This document shows positions 1 through 10,697 of a DNA stretch of 64,000 nt, in pieces; within the stretch, counting starts at the first letter, position 1, and each line of letters starts with the position of its first letter. The DNA comes from Lingula anatina. Taxonomy: Eukaryota > Animalia > Brachiopoda. Under the pieces are notes generated by a model. That model was given only the letters and a program-made list of their open reading frames with translations, had not been told where the DNA came from and did not search any database. The stretch lies in NCBI GenBank assembly GCA_051362555.1, contig CM120640.1, positions 60,986,788 to 61,050,787 on the forward strand, in the 5' to 3' direction. A program made the translations under genes and the position numbers.

Positions 1-780
1 TTTTTGGAAAAAATGCATTTCGTCTATGAACAAAGCTAAATAAATAAGGACATACTATAAAAATAAATTTCAATCTTGTTAATAATATGTATATAGCAAA
101 GACAGTTTGAAGCCTAATAAATATTACATGTACAAGTACGAGTAGTGTTTTATTTGGTCTTTAATAAATTCATAAATTCATTTATTTAACTCTATGTAAA
201 TTCAATCAATTCATAGCTTCAATGTACACGAAAATTGCTGTCATCACCGAAATTTTTTGGTAAAGCGACTTTTAAAAAACACTGTTGGCAAGTTCTTATA
301 CTTAAAATCTCCGTATCAGAGTAGAGTGATCAAAGTAGAGTGAAGCCACCGCGCATTAAAGGTCAATTAACGCTTGGACGAACACTTAATTGCGACCACG
401 CTCACCTTCGATCTTTATCTCAGCGAGCTAGGGTTAGGCTCTTTTGTTAGCTGAAAGTTTGTCACGATAATTGCACGACGGGCAGGGTATGGAACTATTG
501 TTAACAGAAACCAAACAGCGTATGGATGACAATGTTATTTCCATAGTTACCGAGCCAGGCCGTCCGTACAACCCGCAGCGACCCGGAGGGTAAGTAAGGG
601 GACATTCCGGCGGCACTGTATGTATCACGCAAACCAAAATGTAACACAATTCGCACTGTTTGCTAAAACTCTCTCGAACCTTTCACTGGAAGCGCCCAGC
701 TAAAAAAAAAAATTATTTGTCCCAGACGAATTACTGTTTCATAAGATTTCTCGAAGAGAACTTTGATGAGAATTGGCATA

Positions 781-1271
781 GTGGAATTGGGAGTGAGCTT
801 TTTGAATTCGGAGTGACGTTTACGAATTCGGAGTGAGGTTTGCGAATTCGGAGTGAGCTTTTTCAATTCGGAGTGAGGTTTACGAATTCGGAGTGAGGTT
901 TGCGAATTCGGAGTGAGCTTTTTCAATTCGGAGTGGGGTTTACGAATTCGGAGTGAGGTTTACGAATTCGGAGTGAGGTTTACGAATTCGGAGTGGGGTT
1001 TACGAATTCGGAGTGAGGTTTAAGAATTGAGAGTGAAGTTTAAATATTCGGAGTGAGGTTTAAGAATTGAGAGTGAAGTTTAAATATTCGGAGTGAGGTT
1101 TAAGAATTGAGAGTGAAGTTTAAATATTCGGAGTGAGGTTTAAGAATTGAGAGTGAAGTTTAAATATTCGGAGTGAGGTTTAAGAATTGAGAGTGAAGTT
1201 TAAATATTCGGCGTGAGGTTTAGAATTGGGAGTGTCGTTTGGAATTTGGAGTGCACTTGTGGGCCACCGCA
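781..1271. repeat. 20-bp minisatellite (consensus GAATTCGGAGTGAGGTTTAC) with higher-order organisation, about 23 units
   Basis: Directly visible: ~60-bp trimer blocks at 781-960, near-monomers at 961-1020, then a 40-bp dimer (TAAGAATTGAGAGTGAAGTTTAAATATTCGGAGTGAGGTT) x5 at 1021-1220. Ends in GAGTGCACTTGTGGGCCACCGCA. Lies in an intron of the C10orf88-like gene. Confidence 0.95.
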
Positions 1272-1391
1272 CACTTCAAATTATTTTCCTTTTAAAGATT
1301 TTAATATTTTTCAATGGTCTCACAATTATTCTGTGAAGCATCATATTTGCAGTAAAATATTTAATTTGACTCTCTCCCAGCCACTACTAAC

Positions 1392-3137
1392 CTCCTGATA
1401 TTGCTCAATGGTCTGCATACATGCCTTTGCCTTGTCTGTTATTGGAACATCTTGTTGCATGTCCTGGAGGAGAGCTTTCACCTTGGTAAAATCAAAAGAT
1501 GTCCCTAAAGATGTAGATGAAGTCTCCTTGGATTTAACTAGTGAAATCTCTAGGGCAACCACTTTCATGGCTGTTTTTCTTGGCAAAGATAAACACTGAA
1601 AAGAAATGATGGTTTACAATAATTAAATGAAGCATTTCATTATGTCAAACCAAATGTAAACAAGAAAAAAAAGAGACATCTTTAAAAGAAATCTTTGAAA
1701 TTGATTCTTCTCTAAAAAGTGAAAATATACAATTACTATCTTTTTTATTATAGTCTTGTTCTCTTTAGGTTTAACTTAATACAGAAACTGGTATTACTCT
1801 ATGAAGAAGACAATCAAGGTTTTTTTTAAGTGCAATGGAAACCCCCATCAGGATGATTAAGTGATTCCTGGTTTAAACCGAATCTGATGAGAACATAACA
1901 TTAATGTCTGTGAGCCTATGTAAAGATTGAAATAACACATACAGGCACATCATTTCAGGGATGTGTAAAAATACATACTCTTAACATGGCTGAAGATGCA
2001 GGCTGCTGCCAACTGTAATCTGCATAGAACATAGGTTTTCCTTCCACATCATTAACATATGATCCTCTACATGAGGTCATATAAGCACCAGTCTCATCAT
2101 AGATTTCAATTGTTTTTGCCTCTGACAGGATAGAAATGTCAGATATTTTTAGGTTGTGAATTGGCTGACAATGCACCGATAATTCACATGGAATGTTTGT
2201 CTCATTTTCATTATATAACTCAACAGAAGCAATGTTATCCTCTTCATTTTGCAAACAGAAACTGGAAATAAACAAAGACAGTAAAACAAATTGTTTTATT
2301 TTAATATCCAAGCTAATTTTGATTGTAGCCAGTTAATTTATTAGTAATATTATATGACTTAATCAGATTTGTTTGGTATAATCAAATAAAAAATTTTGAA
2401 ATTCCTTTATTTGGACATATCAAAAACTATATATCGATTATATATACAGGTATATATATAAAATTGAAATTCTTCAGATTTTGTTATATAACCTCAAATG
2501 CCACCACTACCACACAAGCCCCCTTGTCAGCATATAAAGGTGTCCACGCCTGGCAGACACCTTGATTGGTTAATGAATCTAAAAACCACATAAAACGACC
2601 TCAAAATACCACACTATAGTCAATCATAATGCCATAGCGTGCTTTCCTTTTTATTAAGTAAGATTTTTATAGTAAAGTCACTATTATGTGGTTTTTATAT
2701 TCTGTCAAGGTGGCGGCTGAGCGCGACGGTGTCTGTTTAAAGTTAGCCAGTATAGACAACATTATTCATTTTGCCATTTTTTGGACCCAATAAAATGTGC
2801 ATTTGGCTTTTACGTTAGTAGCCCCTGAGCTGGTATTATTACCACCAGAGTATGTTTTCTATAGGTTCATAAACAACGCATGTCTGGTATTTGTATCTAA
2901 TTATAAAGTAACTGTAAGTTCCAGTCCTCTCCAGGCAAGACATGCTGACTACCCCCAGTGCGGTACGAAGGCTTTGTTCCTCGAAAGAAATATAACTAAA
3001 CAGGCCTTCAGACGCCCCACATACCTTTCCTCTGACTGATATTCCTTCTTTACAAGATAAGATATAATCTTTGCTATGTCTGCACCGCCATTAATCTCCC
3101 AAGACGCCTGCACATTGCAAAACTTCGGAACGTTCAT
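1392..3137 (-). CDS. C10orf88: C10orf88/PAAT-like protein, exons 1-3 (gene continues off the left edge)
   Basis: Exons 3137-3025, 2261-1979, 1595-1392 join in frame with GT-AG. Peptides QASWEINGG, PCELSVHC...ISILSEAKTIEIY...YMTSCRG and FDFTKVKALLQDM parallel human C10orf88 (ASSWDVAGG, PCFLYLRC...IGILSSARNMEVY...YCGTSRG, IDLDKVQTIMESM) as recalled. Confidence 0.8.
2559..2711. mobile_element. Degenerate MITE-like inverted repeat in intron 1 of the C10orf88-like gene
   Basis: Left arm CACCTTGA...GAATCTAAAAACCACATAAAACGACCT pairs with right arm AAGTCACTATTATGTGGTTTTTATATTCTGTCAAGGTG. Confidence 0.55.
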
Positions 3138-3650
3138 AATGCGTAAATTTAGCTTCTGCTACACTCTCTACAAAAGGAGTACCGAATAGAAGGCACTAAA
3201 AAATTGAAAGAGAAAGAGGACGAAACAAAGAGGGGGAGGGGCTTGTATTGAGTGGTGATGCAACTTAAGAACCACGGATAGCGATGTTTACGTAGCTAAA
3301 TTCCATAGGCATGACAAGAGTCAAGGTTTATTTGAAGGTTACCGAATTAGACTCATTAAATGGTTAATTATTTGCATGATTTGCATATAAATAACGTTAA
3401 TACATCGTCACCTTGAACAATGTATCCTATTTTCTTGTTAAAACCCGTAAAACGAAATGTGCTTTGGCCGCTTTTAAAGTGAAGCATTTTTTCTTTCATT
3501 TTCTTTCAGAAATTAATCTTGCGGCTTACCATATTCGACTTTTCCTTCATATAGGATACAGCTGTAGGTACCGTACATGTAGGTACTCAGTATGGCACGA
3601 AAATTCATGCGTTAGCTCTCCTAAAACTCCGCTAATGTAGGTAATAATTA
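3138..3650. promoter_or_regulatory. Probable bidirectional promoter region, C10orf88-like (-) / phosphoglycerate mutase (+)
   Basis: Local CpG-retaining island just upstream of the C10orf88 ATG. The next gene is on the opposite strand, with probable non-coding exons before its ATG at 5936. Inference. Confidence 0.5.
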
Positions 3651-5935
3651 ACATTTTGAGTAATTTAGATGATAAATTTATCAGTACATTAATCATATAA
3701 ATGCCCTGTTTTGGGGCTGCCTTTTTTTTTCATAAACAGACAACAAAGGACTTAATATTCCAGCGTATAAACTCTTTACTCTAAAGTAAAATATTAAGCC
3801 AATGGGTAGGATTGTTCAAGTTTGCCATTCATTTTTGAGATGAAAAATATTGAGTAACTGTAAGTTCCAGTCCTCTCCAGGCAAGACATTTAATTGAAAG
3901 ATGAGTATCACTTCACTGTGATTGGTCATAGAGTTTTGACAAATTTTTTATAAATTGTTTTATTGCAATGGTTATGCTTTAATTAAATACACACCCAGTG
4001 TAGTATACCCTTATAAGCCCCACATTTATTATCATCATTGTGTTGGGTATCACTAAATGCCACAAAAAACAGGACATACCCCAAAATACCACCTTAAAGT
4101 TTATTTTTAACAACAAAATAACTTGTTTTTTTTTTTTTGGATACTGTGCCCCAAATTACATTTGTCTTGAACTCAACACAGTGTTTATTTGTAACAGAAA
4201 TATTTTTGCAGCCCCTGAGTTATGACAAAAGTGGGCGGTAATTTTAAAAATTTTCAGAATGTTGCAGCTGCAAAAATACATGTAGTTCTCCTCTACAGAT
4301 CTTGATTGGCAGAGAAATATTGGTATTTTGATATTTAGTGATACGACTTTGTGTTGGCTGTTGTGTTAATTAACATCGACAGAAAGATGTAAACCCTTTC
4401 TTTTGAATTTTGATCTTTTTTCCATGATTGGGGATATAATTTGTCTTCATTGATAAGTAGAAAGAGGGCAAAATGTACAGTATGTACCTCTTATCTTATT
4501 TTATGAAACTTACTCTCTAGACTCGATCCTCAGTCTGGTCCTTTTTCCCTACCCACTCCAAAATAAGCACTGAAAATTTTACAAGTCAGTTGATAAGCTT
4601 TATGTGATCTCCAGCAAAGATTTGTCAAGTAAATATCTGAATGAGTTTGCCCATGACACCAAGCACCCTCCTGTGTTTTTGAAATATAATGATAACTTGA
4701 CAAAAGAAATTTCCAAACACCAAGTTTTACATACAATCTGTAATGTGGCTAAAAGCCAATAAAGTTGATGCATGGGAATGAGAATGTACATGTACAATCA
4801 TGCACTTAGTAGGAAACCTGTAAAATATAATTATGGCATCCCTTTTTTTTCAAAATAAATGATCCTACATTTTGTGTGAATCCTTTTATTGAAGATCTGC
4901 TGGGATGACATTGACAAACCAATTTTATAGTGCAGGTCATATTATTAGTCATACAGCTTTTGGTATATGAAGACATTGATTTTTTAAGTGAGTTTGCTTA
5001 TCTGTTTTTATTTTGTATATTACTTGTAAAGTGCCATATCTGTAGGTCAGCTACCCGGTGCAAGCATGAAGATCTGTAAATGTCAAACTACAAAGAATGC
5101 AGAGTGGTTGTTTTATGAAATAAGTGCATTTATGTGCCAAAGATTGCACTACCTTATTTTAAAGCCAGTTGAAAAATCCATCATCTGATGAAAATACTTT
5201 TTTTTTTTCTAAGAAAGGATGTTAAAAGGCAGTTTAAAGACTGTAGAGGACTGAAAACAGTAACAGAAGGTAATACAGGATAGACCAGAACATATACCCC
5301 ATTTAACCAGAGTAATCAAGGAGAGAAGAAGTAATCTGATAAAAAAAAAAAAAGAGAAAAAACTGATTCAAATGCTGCAAAGCATTGATCCAGGTATGTT
5401 CATTAACTTTTTCTTGACATGTATGTTAATGATGAGTGTAGGCATATTTCTATAATATATTCTTTACTAGCATGATATTGATTTTGAGGGTACTACCCTT
5501 ATAGTGCCTCTTGACTTACATTAATTTTGTAGATCCAGATGTCCAAGATGCCCTTTTTCCACATTAAAGACAGACAGTCTTTTGTTACACCTTCATCTTA
5601 ATTCCATGGTCGCCTATCCTTGCAAATACATTGTCCCTTTATCTGTCATTTGAGTAGACCACTCAGTATGTGATTATGTATTATATGGATATGATTTGAT
5701 ACAGATATGGAGGTTAATATGCACTACATTCACCTTAAGTGTGACCCAGATCACGGTTTTATTTTGCTAGCTATTTAGCTATATTTTGCTTATTCCTGCA
5801 GGTCTGTGTTCTGAGCAAATACATAGGTACATTTTCTTGTAATTTTTGTCAACATTTTTCAATAACTTTCATTGCAGAATAAGAAACAAAACCAAAAACA
5901 GATCATTTGTTGATTCGTTGAAGAATTTAGACGTC

Positions 5936-8282
5936 ATGACTGACAATAATCACAACTGCAGAGCTGTTTCTCTTGTGTTACTGAGACATGGAGAGAGCGT
6001 TTGGAATAAGGACAATAAATTTTGTGGCTGGGTGGATGCAGACTTAGCTGACACTGGACATCAGGAAGCAAAAACAGCAGGCAGGGTATATGCAGTTTAA
6101 GTTATTATTATTCTCTTGGTATCAAGATGTGATGTTTAAGTTTTCAAAACCTGGCATTCTTAGTTGTTTTAACAACATTTAAATGTTAACAGTAAGTGAT
6201 GTCTTATTTCACTTTCCTTTTCTGTGTTTTCTGCTATATTATTACATTTTAAATCACCATGTCAATTAGAGTATGGTTGTTCGTTATAATTTTGGTAATA
6301 CGTTAGGGTCTTTCCTACTACTAAAATTCTCAATATTTCAGATCCTGAGAGAAAAGGGTTTTACCTTTGATGTTGCATTCTGCAGTGTTCTGAAAAGATC
6401 TGTTAAATCTTTGAACATTGTGTTGGATGAGCTTGACCTGCATTGGATCCCAGTATTCAAACATTGGCGACTCAATGAGAGACACTATGGGGCATTACAA
6501 GGCAAAAATAAGGCAGAGACAGCTGCTCTGTTTGGAGAGGAACAAGTAAAGGTATGATAACACACACATTATCTAGTGTTTCAGATGGGCTTACTGTGTG
6601 GTTTTAAACAAAACATGTTTTCTGAGAAAGTACCTGATGGACTCCAGCTGCTAACATACTACAGTGTGAGCTTTAAACACATTTTTTGCAGACCATGAAA
6701 TCTGAACAAGACATAAACAAAGTCTATGAAAAGTTGCATTACATATTCACATGATTTTTTCTTCAATGTGGATAACACGAAACAAGCACAGACATAAACA
6801 CTTTGTACATAATTGACTCTATAACCCCATTCCCAGAGATTAGAATGATCCAAACTAGATCGACCTAACTCCCTGGGGGTTCACGCTAAATAGCTGTCAG
6901 CCGAGCGGGGACCGAAGGTTAATTACCCCCTTACAGCTTGTAGTAGGCGGGACGGACATTTAAGTTGTATTATCTGACAGTAATCTAGTGAGACTCCCCA
7001 CAGGGATAGATCGATCTAAAATCTATGGGAATACGTCCTAGGTGTTAATTTCATAATGCAGTCAGTATTTGTGTAAAATACGGTATATGTGCCCATATAA
7101 ATACATCAACATTAAATTGGGAGTGGTAGCAATTGATAAAATTGACAGTTTATGTTTACCAGATTTGGCGTAGAGCCTATGATGTAAGACCACCTCCCTT
7201 AGAAGACTCAGACCCAGGCTGGCAAGGGGAAGATGCTAGGTACAAGGTAAGTGGAATGTAATTTTGAAAATTTTAATTGGTAGTTTTCAGAAGCATTTGA
7301 ATGAATATTGGAGCCATTGAACTGTGCATGAACTGTGTTATCTGCTTCCAAGTTAGCCTGCAAAAATATAAATCAGAACTTGAACTTAAAGGCTTTAATG
7401 AAAGAAAAGACTGCAGTGAGCTTGGTCTGTAAGAAAGGGCAGCTTTAGTATAATCTTTTATTATAAAGTTGCCTAGATCTATATAATTCATTTCAGTTCA
7501 TTGACAAAAGACTTATTCCCAGACATGAATGTTTAAAAGATGCAGAACAAAGAATTCTTCCATACTGGCATGATGTAATATTCCCAAAGATCAAGGTACG
7601 TAATATGATGACCATGATGACAGTGAGGGGTTTTACACAGCACTTCATTCCTCCATTATAATTTCTTATCATCATGAAGGACTTGCATAAATGTGAGTTA
7701 CATGCAATATCATACAGACATACAGTATATTTATACTTAGTGAAAATGCTTTTTCAATTTGATTTGCTAAAGGAATAAAAATTTTAACATTGGAAGTTGG
7801 TGTGGATTCTTTAAAAATATTATATGGTCATTGTTTTTTTATATTTTAGTCTGGATCCAGAGTGCTGATCTGTGTTCATGGCACAAGTGTGCGTGCATTG
7901 CTGAAATATTTAAACAAAGTGCCTGAAGAAGAAATCATTGATCTTAATATTCCAACAGGTAAACTTCAACATTTCCATTGTAAATAAAGACCTGTGCAAA
8001 ATTAATTGCCAAAATATGAAGGATTTTGCATTTCCCATTTAAAAACGGATGCAGGGATTACACAGCATTGTACAAAAAATATTTTCAAATTTTCTCAGGA
8101 TTAACAAAGTGAATGCTTCCAATTTTTTATCACAGATGCTTGATTTTCGTCTTTTAGGAATACCTTTAGTTTTTGAGTTTGACAAAGACCTTAGTCCAGT
8201 ACGTCACTACTATCTAGCTGATGAGGCCAAAGTACAAGCAGCCATACAGAAGGTGGCAGATCAGGGAAAAGCAAGGAACTGA
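5936..8282 (+). CDS. PGAM: 2,3-bisphosphoglycerate-dependent phosphoglycerate mutase (dPGM), 6 coding exons, ~258 aa
   Basis: Exons 5936-6085, 6342-6551, 7163-7246, 7497-7595, 7850-7958, 8158-8282 splice in frame. Motifs [55 protein letters not shown] and C-terminal QGKARN. Confidence 0.95.
6856..7018. mobile_element. GC-rich ~163-bp MITE-like element with imperfect TIRs (TAG...CTA) in a PGAM intron
   Basis: Left TAGATCGACCTAACTCCCTGGGGGTTCACGCTAAATAGCTGTCAG versus reverse complement of the right end TAGATCGATCTATCCCTGTGGGGAGTCTCACTAGATTACTGTCAG. CpG-rich relative to the host intron. Confidence 0.7.
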
Positions 8283-10326
8283 AAACCTAACATTTTTCAC
8301 TTTTTCATTATTTTTGTCTTCCATTTTTTTCTACTATTTCCTAAGAGGACTGTTAATGTGTACTTTTGATACAAATTAGTATTACTTTTAACTTTGAAAT
8401 TCTTTCCTTACCCAAAAGATTTCTCTGATTTATAATTTAGATTATTTTAATGGTAATCCTAGCTTGCACAAATCTTTCTATGTTTTTGTTTACCAGGGAG
8501 TATTATCAGACACTTTTGACTTTGGGATATTTGACAAATGGTGACTTTTCCTTCATTTAGTATATGAAGAATAGCCTAAAGTCATATTTTGCCAAAATGG
8601 GAATTTTTTACAAACAGATTAAAAAATATGCTGAAATTGTCTAGGGACTCATTTGATGTAGGTGCAGGTTGTTTCTAAAATTATGCAATGAATACATACT
8701 GGTGTACATGTGGCAAAGTAATAATGTGGCACGCTCTTGCAGTATTATTTACCATGGGTCTCAATTGAGTTGACTCTTGCATCAGCTGTGTTGTGGTCTT
8801 GTTAAGTTTCTGACAAACTTTATGTCATGTCATTTTGTACAACGGAAGAAATGATCAAGTGTTGTTAAAATACCAATTAGACAAGTAGGAAAATATCTTT
8901 AGGGATTATAAGTTAAGTTATTGAAGTCACAGTTTTCTGAGGAGTTTGTTTGAACAAATGAGACGTTTTAACATTTCCAATCCATGGTTTGTATGCTTTC
9001 ATATTTCTGTAAATTACCTTGTGAAATAAGTTGAAAACAATTTATTTGAGAATTTAATCGATATCTAGCTTTAAGAAAACTGTGACTGTTTTTAGACATT
9101 AACTTTGATTTTAACATAAAATGCTGTTACATGTACAAGTCTTCTTGCTTAAACAGTAAGATTCTTTTTAATGTTATTTAAAAGATGTAGGGTGTGACAA
9201 AACTCTTTTTAATCCGCGCAGCTCATTTGTTGATTCTTCTTTTTTGCTCAATTGCAAATCTTTTTGTCACTGTGAAAGCGTCCATTTCAGTTTTATCACA
9301 ACAGTGGTGCAAATAATTTTTTTGAACATATACTTTTTGTCAAAAGGTAGCGTTTTTTCCGTTAATAATACTTGTTAATTAAGCAAAATAATTAATAAAT
9401 TGTCAGAAATCTATCGGACAGATCCTACTGAAGCAACTCAATGAGTAATAAAATATGTTTACAGGATAGGTAAATATTACCTAATTGACAACTTGATTTT
9501 TTTTACAATAAATATGGACATTTTTAGCTTGGTGTTTTTTTCCTCTGGAACTAATGTTCTTCATATCTGTACATGGATTTTTCTTTGCATATCAAAAATT
9601 TTGCTAAATATTAGAAGCATTTTACTGTACACATTTGTTCAGCTGTTTGTCTGCAAAGCCCAGTTCTTTCTTAAACTTCCAATAATTTTTCAAATAAAAA
9701 GAGGACAACATAATTTTGTCTGGATTGTGAAACTAGTACATGGATTGGTGATTATTATTTCCACATACATGGCACCAAAATTCCCACATACTATCCAATT
9801 ACTACAGAATAACATATTTATTGGATTGGGGAGGGGAAAACTACACAATCTCATCCTAGAAATATTTAAAAAAAAAAACAATTGTCATGGCTAGTCCTGA
9901 ATGGGCAATAATACTTATAAATAAGCAGATTGAATTTTTTCATTTATTTACAAAAATTACAAATGCTACCACACGAAATATTCAGCAATTCATGTGTACA
10001 TACATGACGGCTCTTTCCCTCAATTGAGCCTTGTTTAAACACAGGATATTGGTTATTCATGACATACAACGTCAATGTTGTAATGTTTGAACATGTTATA
10101 ACTGAATGCATAGGTGAGTTACTTGGCAGATATCAACATAATTTTCAATTTTGCATGATTACCTAGGGCCAAGTTTAGATCGGTCTAACCAAATTAAAAA
10201 TACAGGCCAATAAAATATGTTGAATAAGGCCCAAATAACTTTAAAAAAAAATACTCAAATAATGCCAGACTATAACTGCTGTAAAAGCAATAAATTTGAA
10301 TCATTTGCCAGACTATACTTGTCTGC

Positions 10327-10410
10327 AAAAAAAAAAAAAATAAATAAATAAATAAATAAATATAAAATAAAATAAATTAATAAATAAAATAAATAATAAT
10401 AATAATAACA
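10327..10410. repeat. poly(A)/(TAAA)n/(TAA)n simple repeat
   Basis: Directly visible downstream of the zinc-finger stop codon, in its probable 3' UTR. Confidence 0.85.
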
Positions 10411-10697
10411 ATTCAGTTTGTGCAAAAATCTTTTTCTGTCCACAATAAATCACAGTTTAAATTGAAGCACTGGGTCCCATCATTAATGAGATATTTGTTC
10501 CATTTAACAACCATACAGGGTCATTGCAATGGCAAATAGTTACTTTGCTAAATACATCATCCAATCAATCTATTTCAGGCCCTTTCTCAATGTCCCTTAT
10601 GTATATTGTGCAAGAGACATGTCTCTTAGGACTAATGTGAATCTTTTTATAACCATGTGCATACACAACGAAGGACTGAAATAATCTCTGAGGGCTT

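Noticed and set aside
663-926. 87-aa ORF with repeated KKLTPNSQTSLRIRK
   Set aside because: It is simply the translation of the 20-bp minisatellite.
781-1260. CRISPR-like regular repeats
   Set aside because: Units are head-to-tail with no unique spacers, there are no cas genes, and the context is a eukaryotic intron.
1846-1889. Possible C/D-box snoRNA (CATCAGGATGATT...CTGATG)
   Set aside because: Too short, imperfect C box, and antisense to the host gene.
9493-9894. 133-aa hydrophobic ORF between PGAM and the zinc-finger gene
   Set aside because: T-rich 3'-UTR-like composition, non-ATG start, no splice or domain support.
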